A stretch of DNA of 64,000 bases from Rebecca billardiae RCC1528 (GCA_965240325.2 OZ251235.1:1488001-1552000); one strand, 5' to 3'. Positions 34,905 through 47,489 are shown, numbered from the stretch's first letter. Translations and numbers: made by a program. Notes: generated from the letters alone by a model not told the origin.

Positions 34905-35723
34905 ATGGCTGCGTCGATGGTGCTGAACAACATCGCGCGCGGGGCGGTCGCGATCGGTGCGGGTGTCAGTCTGGTCCAGACGTCCATCTACAACGTGGAC
35001 GGTGGGTTCCGCGCGGTCATGTTCGACCGCGTCTTTGGCGTGTCGAAGTCGACGGTGGGGGAAGGCACGCACTTCCGCGTGCCATGGTTCCAGACGCCGG
35101 TGATGATGGACTGCCGCACGCGTCCGCGGAACATCTCGTCGACAACGGGCACGAAGGATCTCCAGGTCATCCAGATCAACCTTCGCGTGCTCTCGCGCCC
35201 GGACAAGCCGCACCTGCCGTGGCTGTACTCGCAGCTCGGCGTCGACTACGACGACCGCGTGCTGCCCTCGATCGGCAACGAGGTGCTGAAGGCGGTGGTG
35301 GCGCAGTACAACGCGGAGCAGCTGATCACGATGCGTGAGGAGGTGTCGCAGCAGGTGCGCAAGGCGCTCACCCAGCGCGCCGACGAGTTCCACATCATCC
35401 TCGAGGACGTTGCCATCACCGACCTGCGGTTTGGCACAGAGTTCACGGCCGCGATCGAGGCGAAGCAGGTCGCGCAGCAGGATTCGGAGCGCGCGAAGTT
35501 CGTGGTGCTGAAGGCGGAGCAGGAGAAGCAGGCGGCAGTCATCCGCGCGGAGGGCGAGGCCCTCGCCGCGAAGATGGTCTCCGACGCGATGGAGAAGTCG
35601 CCGGCGCTCGTGGAGCTCCGCCGAATCGAGGCGGCGCGAGAGATTGCCGAGACATTGGCAAAGTCGCGTAACGTGACCTACCTGCCGAACGCCCACATGC
35701 TGATGCAGATGCCCGCACAGTGA
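34905..35723 (+). CDS. PHB1: Prohibitin 1
   Basis: YNVDGG.RAVMFDR, GTKDLQ, DYDDRVLPSIGNEVLKAVVAQ, KQVAQQ, LVELRRIEAA. Confidence 0.95.
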   Translation: MAASMVLNNIARGAVAIGAGVSLVQTSIYNVDGGFRAVMFDRVFGVSKSTVGEGTHFRVPWFQTPVMMDCRTRPRNISSTTGTKDLQVIQINLRVLSRPDKPHLPWLYSQLGVDYDDRVLPSIGNEVLKAVVAQYNAEQLITMREEVSQQVRKALTQRADEFHIILEDVAITDLRFGTEFTAAIEAKQVAQQDSERAKFVVLKAEQEKQAAVIRAEGEALAAKMVSDAMEKSPALVELRRIEAAREIAETLAKSRNVTYLPNAHMLMQMPAQ

Positions 35724-36004
35724 GCGTCGACTCGCTCGAGAGGCGCGGTGCGGCGCAACTGGGCGGCCCGGATGAATTGGAGGGACGGATTGCCACGAGC
35801 GTCCTCTTTTCCACCGAGTTCAAGTCCCACCAGCTGGACCCACGCGCATCACCGCATCATTCGCCGCACGACAACACGACGCCACCGCTGCACGGGTCCA
35901 CGGTACTACCTAAGGCTCGGTCTCAGAGTCGATTGCGCGTGCGTCTCTTTCTGCTAAGTCGCCGAAGACTTTTCCCGAGGGTCCGATAGTTCTTATAATT
36001 CACA

Positions 36005-37440
36005 CTAAGTTACTATCGGCAGCGTATCAGATCTCAGCCGCAATATGACCGCGTTCCGCGGTCTTTTTCCGTAGAACGCACGTAGTTCGGGGCCCGCGGT
36101 GCACCCTCCGTCGGCTGCTGTCTCAGTCTGACATGTGTAACAGTTCGCCTGAGCTGCCACCGCCAACTCAGTCACTGCCGCCCACCGGGCCGGCGGGCCG
36201 AGGACTGTCGCCGCGCGGGCCGCCGCGGGGACTAGCGGCCGGCGCGCGCGCGCAGGCAGGGCGAGAGGCGCTGGCGCGGCGCGAGCCGGCGCGTGCGCGC
36301 GAGCGGGCGCACCTGCTTGAGGTACTCGCCCTGCGCCATGCGCTCGACGACGGGCCGCTGGTCGCTCGTGCCGGCAGAGCGAGAGCGCGCGCCACTGCTG
36401 GCCCCGGCCTGCCGGCTGCGCAGCCTCGCACCGAGACCGACCGAGCGGAGCTCGGGGCTGTGGAACGAGGCGAGCGGCGCGTCGCGCCTGCCGCCGCGCG
36501 TGCGCGCCTGCTCCACCGCGCCGCCGTGCTCGCCCGCCGCCTCCTCCGCCGCGTCGGCCTCGAAGACGGCGGCTGCCAGCGGCAGGCTGAGCCGCGCGCG
36601 ACTCACTCACACTGTGAGTCACACCCGCGGTCGCCTCGACAGCCATCTATCCACAGCTGCTCGAGCTGCTGGAGGGCGCCGCGACGATGGCAGCGCGGGC
36701 GCCCAGCGCGTCCGTTGCCGCGTCGCTCAGCTCGTCGAGCTCGGCGCCGCACTTCGCCAGCTTGGCGCGTAGCGCCTCCGCGTGTCACGTGCTCGTGCAC
36801 GTCAGCCTGCTGATACGCCGCGGGTAACGCCGCCGCCCATCGGCACTTCTGGCATCTGCGCGCGCAGCTGCTGCAGCTCGACGGCGGAGTCGTCGCGGCT
36901 GGCGGCGAGGGTGCGCACCGCGTCGATTGCCGAGGCCTGCAGCCCGGTGATCGCCGCGTCGACGCGCGCGGCGATTTCCCCACGCAGCTCCTCGCGCCAC
37001 GTGGCCGCCGCTCGCGTGCAGGCAGCTGGGCGCCGCTGCGCGACCCGGAACCGGCGCGCGTTTCACTGATGCTCCTGCTCGTCCTCACGCTGCTGCACCT
37101 CCGCGCCGCCGTCGACCGAGTTGAGGAGGAGCTCGCGCTCAGCGTCGAGGCGCGAGCTCGCGTGCTTGAGCTCGCCCTTCAGCCGCGCGAGCTCCGGGCG
37201 CTGCCATCCGGCTCATCAGCTTACTGCCGCGCCGCTCGCTCGGCGGTCGCTCTGCTCCGGGCGGCGAGCGACGAGCTCGCGTGCTCCGGACTCGGCTCGC
37301 CCTTGCGCGCTGCTCCTCGAGTGACGAACGCGCCCGCGGGCAGGCTGTTGCCCGTCGCCCCCGCCGCGATCTCGCCGCCCCCGCCGCGATCTCGTCGCGC
37401 ATGCTCCGTGCGCAGCGCGACGCAACTGGTGCGCGCGCTC
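36005..37440 (-). pseudogene. Disrupted coiled-coil gene (stops and frameshifts, intron remnants)
   Basis: Coding-like segments (ELARLKGELKHASSRLDAERELLL; WREELRGEIAARVD) in different frames with in-frame stops. Confidence 0.35.
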
Positions 37441-38236
37441 CGTGTCTGGCGCGCGCCTAGATAGTAGCGGCAGCGAGGCCTGTTAACTGACTATGCTTGT
37501 TTTACTATGGTCATGTGCTTATTTACTATGGTCACAGTCTACCCACAATTACCCACCCTCGCACACTTGGACGTGGGTTTCGTTGATTCCTCTGACTATC
37601 AAAAGAGCGGACGCGTCCATTTCTCGCTGCAATGGATGTCTCTTGCGGTCTCAAAATTCGAAACTCGGTCTCCTCCAGCCCTGAAAATCGTCCCCCATGG
37701 CAGCCCATCCCTTTTTTCTTTGATCAAAGATCTTTTTGAAACGTGGTTAGGGCCCACGGAGCGGGCTCCACGCTGCGCGCTCCGCCCTGCACCGCGGGCC
37801 ATTAATACTAAGTGAGGCGGGCGGGCCGCGGGGCCGCCGGGGCCGCCGCGCCCGCCGCCCGGCCCTGGCCCTGGGCCGCGCCGCCCGCGGCGCCGCCGCC
37901 CGCCGGGCGCGGCCCCGGGCCCGGCACCACTGGTCAATGACAATGCCACTCTGGTGGTGTCGGACAGAGGACGGCCAAGCAGTGGTCAATGGTGCCGATG
38001 CCCGACGAGACTCCCGGAGTATCAGACTTCAGACTCCGAGTCAGACTCAGAGGCTCGAACGTGCGTGACGCTGGAGCCGCATCACCTGTCAATGTCATGC
38101 GTGCTGTCCGCCCTCCGTCACTCGTCAGGCTCACGCCCTCTGGCTCTGCGGGGCTTGCCACTCGGGCTCTCTGCGCGAGCAGCACTCAGCAGTAGCAGTT
38201 GGGCCACGCCAGCACCAGTCGAGTCTACAGCTAAGC

Positions 38237-39076
38237 TCATGCCGCAGGCCGCAGGTCGACCGCGGCTGCGCGGAGGCGAGCGAATGCACGAGCTGTGGCA
38301 TCAGCCGCGTCGCGCGCGAGCCTGCGACTCGCCTCCACTGCGGACGGCACTGCCGAGCTGTCGCGGAGCTGCGCGCGCATGCGCTCGACGAAGGGCTGCG
38401 CGCTGCTTCGTAGCATGGCCAGCGCGTGGCCAAGCTCATGGATCACCAGGAAGAGCCACTCGTGCACCCGCTGGGCAGCGTGCAGGCAGACCGTGCGCAC
38501 GTTGGCCAGCATGGCAGCCTGCGTGCTGGGCGCTGGTGTGGCATTGGCTGGCTCGGATGACGGGCTGGGGGCAGGCGGCTCGGCGTCCTGCTCGGCACTC
38601 GGCGCGAGACTCGCCTCGTCGGAGGAGCCGCTCGGCGCAGCCCCGTTCTGATCGCTCTTCAGAGAGTGCGCGATCCGCTCGGCGGGCTCGATGGAGTTGT
38701 TCTGCCGCGCGCGGTCCAGCTTCTGCAACATCTCCACGAGTGTACTCCACGTGTAGATGATGCCGGCTACGACGGCGGCCGCCGCGGCTGCGAAGAGGCC
38801 CGAGAGAAAGGGCGACATCGTCGACGATGCCGCGGACTCCACCGGCGCAGCGGGCTTGGCGGTAGCCGCAACCTGCTTTGCCGCTTGCTCGAACTTCTGC
38901 TGCGCAGCCGCTTTGCGTGGCCGGTTGGCACGCTTGCCGCCTCTGGCGAGGGAGCGCACTGGGGTGTACAGGGTGTACGGAGCAAGTGGCGTTGTGCGGT
39001 ACGCGCAGGTCGTGGGCGACGATGACAGCGCCCCTGCGTGTACGCCCGATGCGCAGCGGCGAATGGAGCGCATCAT
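38237..39076 (-). CDS. Hypothetical single-pass membrane protein, probably mitochondrial
   Basis: Arg/Ser-rich presequence-like N-terminus; one TM (FLSGLFAAAAAAVVAGIIYTW). Confidence 0.55.
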   Translation of the reverse strand: MMRSIRRCASGVHAGALSSSPTTCAYRTTPLAPYTLYTPVRSLARGGKRANRPRKAAAQQKFEQAAKQVAATAKPAAPVESAASSTMSPFLSGLFAAAAAAVVAGIIYTWSTLVEMLQKLDRARQNNSIEPAERIAHSLKSDQNGAAPSGSSDEASLAPSAEQDAEPPAPSPSSEPANATPAPSTQAAMLANVRTVCLHAAQRVHEWLFLVIHELGHALAMLRSSAQPFVERMRAQLRDSSAVPSAVEASRRLARDAADATARAFARLRAAAVDLRPAA

Positions 39077-39328
39077 GACGATCATCACCGCCACTCGCGG
39101 CCCCCGCGGGAGGCAGGGCTGGCGCCGGGCGCGCGAAGACGGCCAGATTTCAGACTGAAACTCGCGGTGAACACTGTTCATGAGGAACCCAGGCTGCGCG
39201 CCGGCGGGGAAGCCAGCCTGCTGCTGGGCAGCCAGCCCTGGAGCTCATCCAGACGCCGCGGCCGGGGCCCCCCGAACAGCCGCGGAGCAGGAGACACTCG
39301 GACGGCCGGCTCGGTGGCGCGCCGGGAG

Positions 39329-40315
39329 ATGTTCTTCGTGTTCATCGACGGCGCGCACCCGTCGTCATTCGTCTCGCTGCTCGTGCCCTTCGCGATGCAC
39401 CTCGCTGGCTGCAGCCCGAGCCTGGTCATGCTGGGCAACATCGCCAGCTTTGCGCTCGCGTCGCAGCCGGCCATACGCGAGCAAATCTACATGCAGTGCA
39501 GGCGTTGGCTGCTCGATGGGCGGGCACGCCTGGAGATGCTTCGGACGTTGCGCAACCTTCTCCTGGCTGCGATGCTGCTTGTGATTGTCGGCCTCGTCTT
39601 CACGCTCGTCGGCCAGCGCAAGGAGCTCGACGCGGGGCACGTGCTGATGGTCATCTCTGGCGTCCTCGTGCCGTGCGTCACGCTCACTGTCTCGTGGATG
39701 GCCATCAACCAGGTCGCCTTCCACGAGCTGCGCACGCGCGCGCTCGCCGACATGCGCAGCGCGGCGGCTTCCGTGAGTGCGCACATGGAGGTGCACTTCC
39801 CGACCTATTTCATGACTCTCATGAGCTTGGGCCCTCTCACTGTCCTCTGGGTGATCTTGGGCGGCCCGGGGAACTTCGAGGGCAGAGACGGGCACCCGCC
39901 GTTCCCCGGGTACTGGACGACGATGAAGCAGCAGTGGAACGAGTCCAGCCGGTGGGACGTCATCATGGGCGCTGGCTTTGTGCTCTCGATCTGCTGGCCC
40001 ATGCTGCTCGTCACTGGGTTCCTCATTCTGATGCCGCATCGGTTTATGGACATCGTCGGGCTGCACCGTCGGAGCGGGCAGCCGAGGCCGGCGCGGCGCG
40101 AGCAGATCGACGCGATCGAGCAGTTCGACGTCGCGGAGAAGCACTTCTTCACGTACCAGCTGCTGACCACGCCATGCGCAGTCTGCCTGGAGCGCCACTG
40201 CATCGGCGAGCGCGCGGCTCGCCTCAAGTGCGGCCACACCTTCCACAGCGCATGCGTCATGCCGTGGCTGGAGAGGCGCTCGGGGACCTGCCCGACGTGC
40301 CGCGCAACAGTGTGA
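39329..40315 (+). CDS. Multi-pass membrane RING-H2 E3 ubiquitin ligase
   Basis: Several TMs; CAVCL...LKCGHTFHSACVMPWL...TCPTCR. Confidence 0.88.
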   Translation: MFFVFIDGAHPSSFVSLLVPFAMHLAGCSPSLVMLGNIASFALASQPAIREQIYMQCRRWLLDGRARLEMLRTLRNLLLAAMLLVIVGLVFTLVGQRKELDAGHVLMVISGVLVPCVTLTVSWMAINQVAFHELRTRALADMRSAAASVSAHMEVHFPTYFMTLMSLGPLTVLWVILGGPGNFEGRDGHPPFPGYWTTMKQQWNESSRWDVIMGAGFVLSICWPMLLVTGFLILMPHRFMDIVGLHRRSGQPRPARREQIDAIEQFDVAEKHFFTYQLLTTPCAVCLERHCIGERAARLKCGHTFHSACVMPWLERRSGTCPTCRATV

Positions 40316-40982
40316 GGGGCGCTGCGTGGGAGTGCACGGTGCAGCCTGCCGGGCCACTGTTCTGCGCAGTCTGAGTCTCGTCACTCTCACAGTAAGAATC
40401 GCGCGTCATGCAATTCAGCGCGCCGCGGCGCAGGCGGCGCAGGATCCGCGCGGTCCACGCTGCGCCTGCAGGCTGCAGGGGGCGCTGCAGCTGGCGCTTG
40501 GCGGACGAGTCTCGCGCTGGCGCGCAGCCATTTGTTTGCCAAGTGCCAGGCGGCCGCACACTCGGCCACTCCGCGGCACTTAAGCTGCTCGTCACCATCT
40601 CGCCGCGTCCGCCCGTCACTCTGCGTCAGCCCGTACTCTACTGAGTGATAACTCGCCTGTCTGTCGTAGTCACCGTTGCGTTTGCCGGCTGGCACTGGCA
40701 GTGGACGAGTGGTGAGCAGTGCTTCGGCCGCGTGCAGGGGCGTTCCCCGCATTGGTCATACGCCAAATTGAACCACCTTCCTATTGCAACGAGCTTCCTT
40801 CATTTGAAGCGGGTACATTTGAATACGGGAAAAGGCAAAGCCCCCGCAGCGGGGGCTTTGCTTTTCACGAGCGTGTGGCAGGATCCCGGGAACGCCCTTG
40901 GTCCGGTGCCGCGCGGCTTTTAAGAGTTGTGACTTGTGCCCTAAAAGGTGCGACAGCCGGACGGCCGGGCGTCATCGTCACC

Positions 40983-41714
40983 ATGCCCGAGCGGCGCCGC
41001 GAGTGTCCGACGTGCGGCCATCGCTGGCTGGACAAGTATGGCAAGCCCGAGTGCCCAAAGTGCCTCAAGCCAATGCCCGCCGATGAGCCTGCACCTCAGA
41101 AGTCGACGACCGTCCGCCGCGCGTCGGGCGGGCCGTCACCGCCCGGCGCTGTCGCCGCTCGCAGCCCCGTGGACTCTGCGAGCGCAGGGATGGGCAAGCT
41201 CTCCGTCGGCTCTGGGAGCAAGGATTTTTACGAGTCAGACCGACGGGCGAGCCTTCCTGCGAAGGGCGCGCCAAGTGGCGAGCGGCGCCGCGAGTGCCCG
41301 ACGTGCGGGCACCGCTGGCTGGACAAGTACGGCAAGGCGGAGTGCCCCAAGTGCCTGTCACCCATGCCAGCGATCGCCCCCGCAAAGGCCAAGGCCGTGG
41401 CTATGGCGCCACCACGCCGCGCCTCCGCGCCCGATGCGCCGCCTGCGGGGTCGGGCGGCGCATCGGGCCCCGTCGGCGGGGCGGCAGGTCCGCAGGGGAA
41501 GCTCGGCGACGGCGCATGGGAGCCGCCACCGCCCGGCGGTGTCTCGCGCGTCACCGGCGACCTCTATGAGTCCTCACGGGCGCCGACACTACCCAGCAAG
41601 GCACCCACCAAGGAGCGGCGCCGCGAGTGTCCTCGGTGCGCCCACCGATGGCTGGACAAGTACGGCAAGGCGGAGTGCCCCAAGTGCCTCGCCAAGCTCC
41701 CGCCCGGTGTGTGA
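40983..41714 (+). CDS. Protein with three tandem C4 zinc-ribbon repeats
   Basis: ERRRECP(T/R)C(G/A)HRWLDKYGK(P/A)ECPKCL three times. Confidence 0.75.
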   Translation: MPERRRECPTCGHRWLDKYGKPECPKCLKPMPADEPAPQKSTTVRRASGGPSPPGAVAARSPVDSASAGMGKLSVGSGSKDFYESDRRASLPAKGAPSGERRRECPTCGHRWLDKYGKAECPKCLSPMPAIAPAKAKAVAMAPPRRASAPDAPPAGSGGASGPVGGAAGPQGKLGDGAWEPPPPGGVSRVTGDLYESSRAPTLPSKAPTKERRRECPRCAHRWLDKYGKAECPKCLAKLPPGV

Positions 41715-42603
41715 TCGGCAGACATAGCCGGGGACGGAGTGAAGGCGCTGTTGTTGGGGGGGGGGGGGGGGGGTCTGCCATCTAGCTGTGTCGAGTGGGA
41801 GAAGTCATTGGCAGCTCCATCTCTGCACACAGCCGCACCTCGGGCGTCGCTGTTTGTTGGGCGGCACAGTAGCAGCGTCCCGAGCATTCGGGCCTGCCGG
41901 ACCGACGCCCGAGTGCTAAGTCAGCTCCGCGAGCGCCAACTCGGATCGGTTCACTGCTGTTACTACCGTTACCGGCGGCGCGGGACTCTCAGTCTCAGTA
42001 GATAGAGCAGTCTAGCTAGCAGTCTCTGCACGCCAGAATTCGGGTCATATCATCAGACATCATATCACTCATCGTCGGATATTCACTCGCGCGTGGAGGC
42101 GTGCTCGGTCCCTTCGCAGACTGCCTTGCGCACGGCTTATATATATATATATTATTCGAGTTTCTGATATAATTCCGCACGCATTCGACTTCAAGTTCAA
42201 GCTGTGCGGTGTGTGTAATGCTGTCGACGATGTTTTGTCTCAGACACCAGGCTGCCCGTACGCCTCCGGTGCACTGAGGAGTGACGACTGTTAGTCAGAG
42301 TGAGCGGTAGTCAACGCCGTGATCCGAAAGGCCAACGCGCGATCGCGACAGCGCAATATACTAGTTAGTGTCATATGCGACTCCGAAATCTCAATCTCAG
42401 TATATCGGGATTCGTCATCACTGAGAAGTGATATCGGCCCGAAGGCGACTCAGTCAGGACTACGGCCAACTCTTCCGTAGTATCACTAGTAGTCTTCGCT
42501 GTCTTCGCATGGACATTTCGAAGAGGAACGGCTTATAATACGACACGCGGAATATAACTTGGTTAGCAGCCGTGCTTGCACACGACGCATAGAATGATAT
42601 AGA

Positions 42604-43267
42604 TCATGCGTGCGGCGGCCATGCACCGGCCATGCCGGGCCGCGGGCCCGGCTGTGGCGGGTTGGGCGGCAGCGGCGACTGCTGGTGCGACGGTGGCGCG
42701 CGCGCCGCCGCGCTCGGCGGCGGCGGCGGGTACCCCACCGGCCCTCCATAGGGCTGGGACGCACCCGGGTGCGCGTGCGCCCAGCCGTGCGGCGCGCCGG
42801 CGTGCGCGGGCGGCGGGTAGCCGGCTGGCGGCGCCGGCGCGTGCCAGCTCGCCGGCGGCTGCGGCGGCGCGGCCCCGGGCGGCAGCGGGTACCGGGGCGG
42901 CTGAGGGTAGCCGCCGGCACCGGCGCCGTACGCAGGCTGCACGGGCGGCGCGGGGTACCCGGCGCCTCCCGGCGCGACGGACCAGTGGGGCGCGTGCGGG
43001 GCCGCGCCGCCCACGCCCGGCGGCGCGCCGTGCGCGTGCTGAGGCGACCACGACGGCGCGCCGGAGTGCCAGCCGCCCCAGCCGCCGCCCGGCTGTGCCG
43101 CGTGCGGTGGCGGCACCGGCGCGTGCGACATGTGAGGTGGCTGTGGGTACAGTGGGAATTGGGCCGGGGGCAGTTGGTGCGGAGGGTAGGGCGGCAGCGG
43201 CGGCAGCGGCGGCGGCGGCCGCGCGGCACCCACGCCGCCGCCCCACGCGCCGCCCGCGCCCCGCTGC

Positions 43268-43299
<32 letters not shown>

Positions 43300-43300
43300 C

Positions 43301-43332
<32 letters not shown>

Positions 43333-44742
43333 CACCGCCGCCCCCTCGGCGGCGCGCTGCGCCACAGCCCCGTCGGGCGCCGCGCGCTTGAGCGAGCTCG
43401 CCTTGAGCGCCGCGCGCGCCGCCGCCTCCTGCTCGTCGTCTGAGTATTCGGCTTCCGCCTCGTCGACCTCCTCGTCGTGCTGCGGTGGGGCCGAGCGGGC
43501 GCGCGGCGCGCGGCGGCGGCGCGCACGCGCGGAGGGCGGCGCGCGCGGCAGGCCGGCGGCGGCGGCGGGCGGGGGCGTGTGCGCGTGTCAGCGCGGGACG
43601 CCCTCTCTCCTCCATGGGAGGGCTCAGGGGAGGGCGCGCGGCCCCACCGCCACAAGCAAGCGCGCGCGCGCACGCACCAGGTTGGACGCGTCGGTCCCCT
43701 TGGCGGTGCGGAGCGCCGCCAGCACCTCGGGCACCAGCACGATCGCGTGCTCGGGCGCGTAGCACACCGGCGCGCGCGCGCGGAGGCCGAGCGCGTGAAG
43801 CTCCTCAGGCGAGCTGAAGCGGACGACGTACAGCGGCTGCCCGACCGGCCCGAACACCTCAGAGACCCGGCCGAGCAGCGTGGGCCCGCGCGCGGGCGCC
43901 GCGCCGCCAGCCGGCGCGGCGGCCGGCGCGGCGCCGCCGTGCACGCCCTGCGCGGCCGGGGCCGCCGTGCTCCCACTCCCGCCATTGGCATCACTCCGAG
44001 CGGCTGCCGCGGGCGCGCCCTCTGCCGCGGGCGCGCGCGCTGCGTCGTCGAGGCGAGAGGCGTCCGTCGAGCCGGGCTCGCCCGCGTGCACCACGCCCGC
44101 CGCTCCGCCCGCCGCCACGCCCGGCGGCAGCACCAGCGCCGAGCCCACGTCGAGAATCGCCGAGCCGCGCGCGGACGCGACGATCACGAGGACGCCCATG
44201 ACGGACTTGACCTCGCCGATCGGCACGAGCGCCTCGTCCTCGGCGAGCTCGATGTCGCGGGGCAGCCCGGGCTGCTGGTCGAGCGGCAGCTCGTTGCGAG
44301 ATCGGACCTCCTCCGGCACCCACAGCCCTTGCAGGTGCGGCTTGAGAGGCGGCTCAGCGGGCTCGGCGCGCGCGCCGCTGCGCACAGGCGCGTCGGCGCC
44401 GTCGGCGCCGTCGTCCTCGGCGTCGCTCTCGGCGGTGGGCATGGCGCTATCCTCGGCAGCGACCGCGCTGCTGCTGCTGCTGCTCGTACTGCTGCTGCTG
44501 CTGCTGCCGCCGCCGCCGCCGCCGCCGCGCGCCGCCGCTACACGCTGGTCGCCATCTTCGGCCGCGTCCGCATCCATCGCGGCGGCCATGGGCACGTCCG
44601 CGTCGCCGGCGGGCTGGGCGTTGGCATCGGACTCGCTGGGCGATGCATCCTCCTCCTCCTCGGCCTCGTCCCACGCGCCCTCCGCACCCACCGCGTAGTT
44701 GGCGACGTGCGTCAAGTCGTCGAACTCGACGGGAGCATCCAT
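42604..44742 (-). CDS. NAF1: H/ACA RNP assembly factor NAF1 (intron 43480-43677)
   Basis: LGRVSEVFGPV..PLYVVRF; KGTDASNL|HDEEV...EYSDDEQE; Pro-rich C-terminus. Confidence 0.85.
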
Positions 44743-45149
44743 GACGTCGGACGATACCGTGGGCGTATTTGCACTGTACCCGTACAGTAGTCCCGTACCG
44801 TAGTCATATGGTCACCGGTTCATCAGCTTCATATGCGAACAGGTCGCAAGGCGACTTGAACGGCACGTCGCCCACTCGCCCGAGACCCAGTTTTTACGCG
44901 CGCCCATTTCTGACGTCGATTGCCGCGCGTGCAAATTGCAAAACGGAAGCTCGCGCTGCTCGCGGCCCCGGGCGCCACTTTCGCGAGCTCGCCGCCGCAG
45001 CAAGGACAAGGGGGCAGGGGCGCCAGCGCTCGGCCGACCAGCGAAGCCACTCAGCCGCACGCCCGCCTCGGCCGCCGGCCGCGTGTCCTGCCCGCGGACC
45101 CGGCGTGCGCAGCCTCGCCCTCAAGCCCGCCGCCGAGCACGCCGCGCCC

Positions 45150-47489
45150 ATGGACGCGTACGACGGCCGCATGGGCGGCGAGCATGCCGCCCTGCGTGAT
45201 CCGACGCACGGCGACGCGCGGCGCGACGGCTACGACGAGGAGGAGGTGCCCGAGTGGATGCACGAGAACCCGTCGATTGCATTCGTCCTCGGCTCCTCCC
45301 ATCTCGAGCGCCCCGCCGACGCGGCCGGCGCCCAGCCCGCGGCCGGCGCGAGCAGCGCCACTCTTGACTATCCGCCCGGGCTCGCGCCCGGCAGCTTCGC
45401 GCCCTCGAACGGCGTGGCGCCGTCGGCCGACCTGGGCGGGTACGGCGGGGCCGTGCCCCCGCCCTCGAGCGCGCCCATGCGCGGCTCGCTCGCGCCGCGC
45501 CACCCGCCGCCCGCCCTGGAGGAGGACGACTGGGCGGTCGGGCACCTTGGCTCTCTCTCCGAGGCGGCGCACGAGCTCAAGCGGGCGGCGCGCGAGGCGC
45601 ACGCGCAGGTGCGCGCGGCGGCGCAGGAGCAGCATGCGCGGACGCAGGAGGAGCTGCGGATGCACGCGCAGCACGCCGAGCGCGGCTGCGCGCAGCAGCC
45701 GAGCGCCTCCGCGCCGCCGCCGCCGCCGCCGGCTGCCTCGGCCGCCGCTGAGCTGGGTCATGGGCAGCCGCCGCCGGCGGGCGTCGGCTCCGGCAGCGTG
45801 GGCACACGGCGCAGGGGGCCGGCGGCGCCGATCGCGCAGATCGCGGTGCCCGCCGACGAGGCGCGCGCGCCGACGGCGCCTGGCTCGGCGCCCGCGCTGC
45901 ACCGCGCCGCATCGGGCAGCGGCAACCCTCGCCAGGCTGATGGTAGCGGCGGCGGCGGCGGCGGAGGCGGCGGAGGCGGCAGGGGCGGCGGCGCAGAGGG
46001 TCCGGGTGAGAGCAGCGTCGACGCGTCGGAATGGGACGGCGGCGGGGCGGCCGCCGGCCCCGCCGGCGGCGCGCACGGCCACTCTGTGCCAGTGACGCCC
46101 ATCGAGTGTCTCGACGCAACCAGCCGTCTGCGCGCGACCGGCGCCGCCGACGCCGGGCGCGGGCGCGGCGGCGCGCACAGGCGTGGTCCCTCGGATGGGG
46201 GCGCGGACGCGAAGCGCGACGCCGGGCCAAGCGGCGGCGCAGTCACCGGCCGAGCCCACGACGGCTCGGGCGCTGGCGCCGGCGCCGACGGCACGCACCG
46301 TCCGCGTCGCAGCCTCGCGGGCGCCACCTCGGGCGCGCAGGCCGGCGCGGACGCCCAGCGCGCCGCCGGCACTGCGCACGCCGCTATCAAGTCTGCCCCC
46401 GTGTCGCCCGATCACGACGGCCTCGCGCACGCCGACGACGCTCGCTGGCGTCGCGGCGGCGGCGGTGGCGGCGCGAGCGGCGGCGGCGGCGGCGCGAGCG
46501 CGGGCGGGCGTAACGGCCTCAATAAGCTGTTACGCCCGGGCTCCCTCACCTCGCAGCACGTGCACTCGCGCTCGGCGATCCAGCGGCGCGGCGGCCGCGC
46601 GGACCATGGCGGCCACCCTGCCGAGCACGCGCGCCACGCGCACGGCGGAGCGGGTGGCAACGGCGGCGGCGTGCCGCCGGCGCCCGCGCCCGCCGCCTCG
46701 TCCTCGCCCGCGTCGCCGACCGTGATCCCCATCGACTCGCAGCCCTCCTCCAAGCAGCCATCCCCAGGCAGGCCCCCCTCCGCACCGGGCGGCGCCGGCG
46801 CCGGCGCCGGCAGTGGCGGCGCCGGCGGTGGCACTCGGAGCAGCCCGCTCTCCCCGGCCCTCGACGGCACGGCGCCCTCCCCGTGCGCGCGCTCGGCAAG
46901 CTCCGGGAACGTCTCCTTCGCCGAGCCGCCCGCACTGCCCGGCTCCAGCCCGACCTCCGGCCCGCCGTCCAACCCGCCGTCCAATCCGCCGTCCGCGCCT
47001 CAATCGCGGCGCGAGTCCACGGCGCACGGCTCGCGCCGCGCCTCCGACGCCGCGGCGAAGGGCGGCGGCGGCGGCAGCGGGCTCGTCGGCATCGGGCGCG
47101 AGCGCCAGCCAGGCCGGGACGCGCTCGCGGCCGAGCTCTCGCGCGCGCAGGCCGAGCTGCGCGCGCTCGCCCACCGGTACGAGACGGACGTGCGGCGGCT
47201 CAGCAGCCACTGCCAGCAGCTGCAGCGCGCGTGCGCGGCGCGCGCGGAGCAGCTCGTCGACTCTGCGCACGCGCTTGACGCGGCGGCGGATGCGGGCACG
47301 GACGGGATCCGTGCGCACGCCGCTGCGCTCGGCGAGATCGCCGAGGCGGTGGCCGGCATCGCTGCGCTGCCGACGCCGCAGCTCACGCCGGCGGATGCGC
47401 CGGACGGACCGCCGCCGCATCCGGAGCGCGCGGAGGGCAGCGGCGCCGAGGCCAGTCAGCCAAACCATCACCGCCGCGGGCGCAGGTGA
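45150..47489 (+). CDS. Low-complexity hypothetical protein with coiled-coil segments
   Basis: Long ORF, Gly/Ala/Pro/Ser-rich; C-terminal heptads. Confidence 0.55.
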   Translation: MDAYDGRMGGEHAALRDPTHGDARRDGYDEEEVPEWMHENPSIAFVLGSSHLERPADAAGAQPAAGASSATLDYPPGLAPGSFAPSNGVAPSADLGGYGGAVPPPSSAPMRGSLAPRHPPPALEEDDWAVGHLGSLSEAAHELKRAAREAHAQVRAAAQEQHARTQEELRMHAQHAERGCAQQPSASAPPPPPPAASAAAELGHGQPPPAGVGSGSVGTRRRGPAAPIAQIAVPADEARAPTAPGSAPALHRAASGSGNPRQADGSGGGGGGGGGGGRGGGAEGPGESSVDASEWDGGGAAAGPAGGAHGHSVPVTPIECLDATSRLRATGAADAGRGRGGAHRRGPSDGGADAKRDAGPSGGAVTGRAHDGSGAGAGADGTHRPRRSLAGATSGAQAGADAQRAAGTAHAAIKSAPVSPDHDGLAHADDARWRRGGGGGGASGGGGGASAGGRNGLNKLLRPGSLTSQHVHSRSAIQRRGGRADHGGHPAEHARHAHGGAGGNGGGVPPAPAPAASSSPASPTVIPIDSQPSSKQPSPGRPPSAPGGAGAGAGSGGAGGGTRSSPLSPALDGTAPSPCARSASSGNVSFAEPPALPGSSPTSGPPSNPPSNPPSAPQSRRESTAHGSRRASDAAAKGGGGGSGLVGIGRERQPGRDALAAELSRAQAELRALAHRYETDVRRLSSHCQQLQRACAARAEQLVDSAHALDAAADAGTDGIRAHAAALGEIAEAVAGIAALPTPQLTPADAPDGPPPHPERAEGSGAEASQPNHHRRGRR

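Noticed and set aside
34656-35696. Apparent long N-terminal extension of the cyclophilin ORF
   Set aside because: It is the antisense of prohibitin plus the shared promoter; the plausible start is the ATG at 34655.
37480-37990. AT-richer segment resembling a DNA-transposon end
   Set aside because: No partner TIR, TSD or second copy found in the window.
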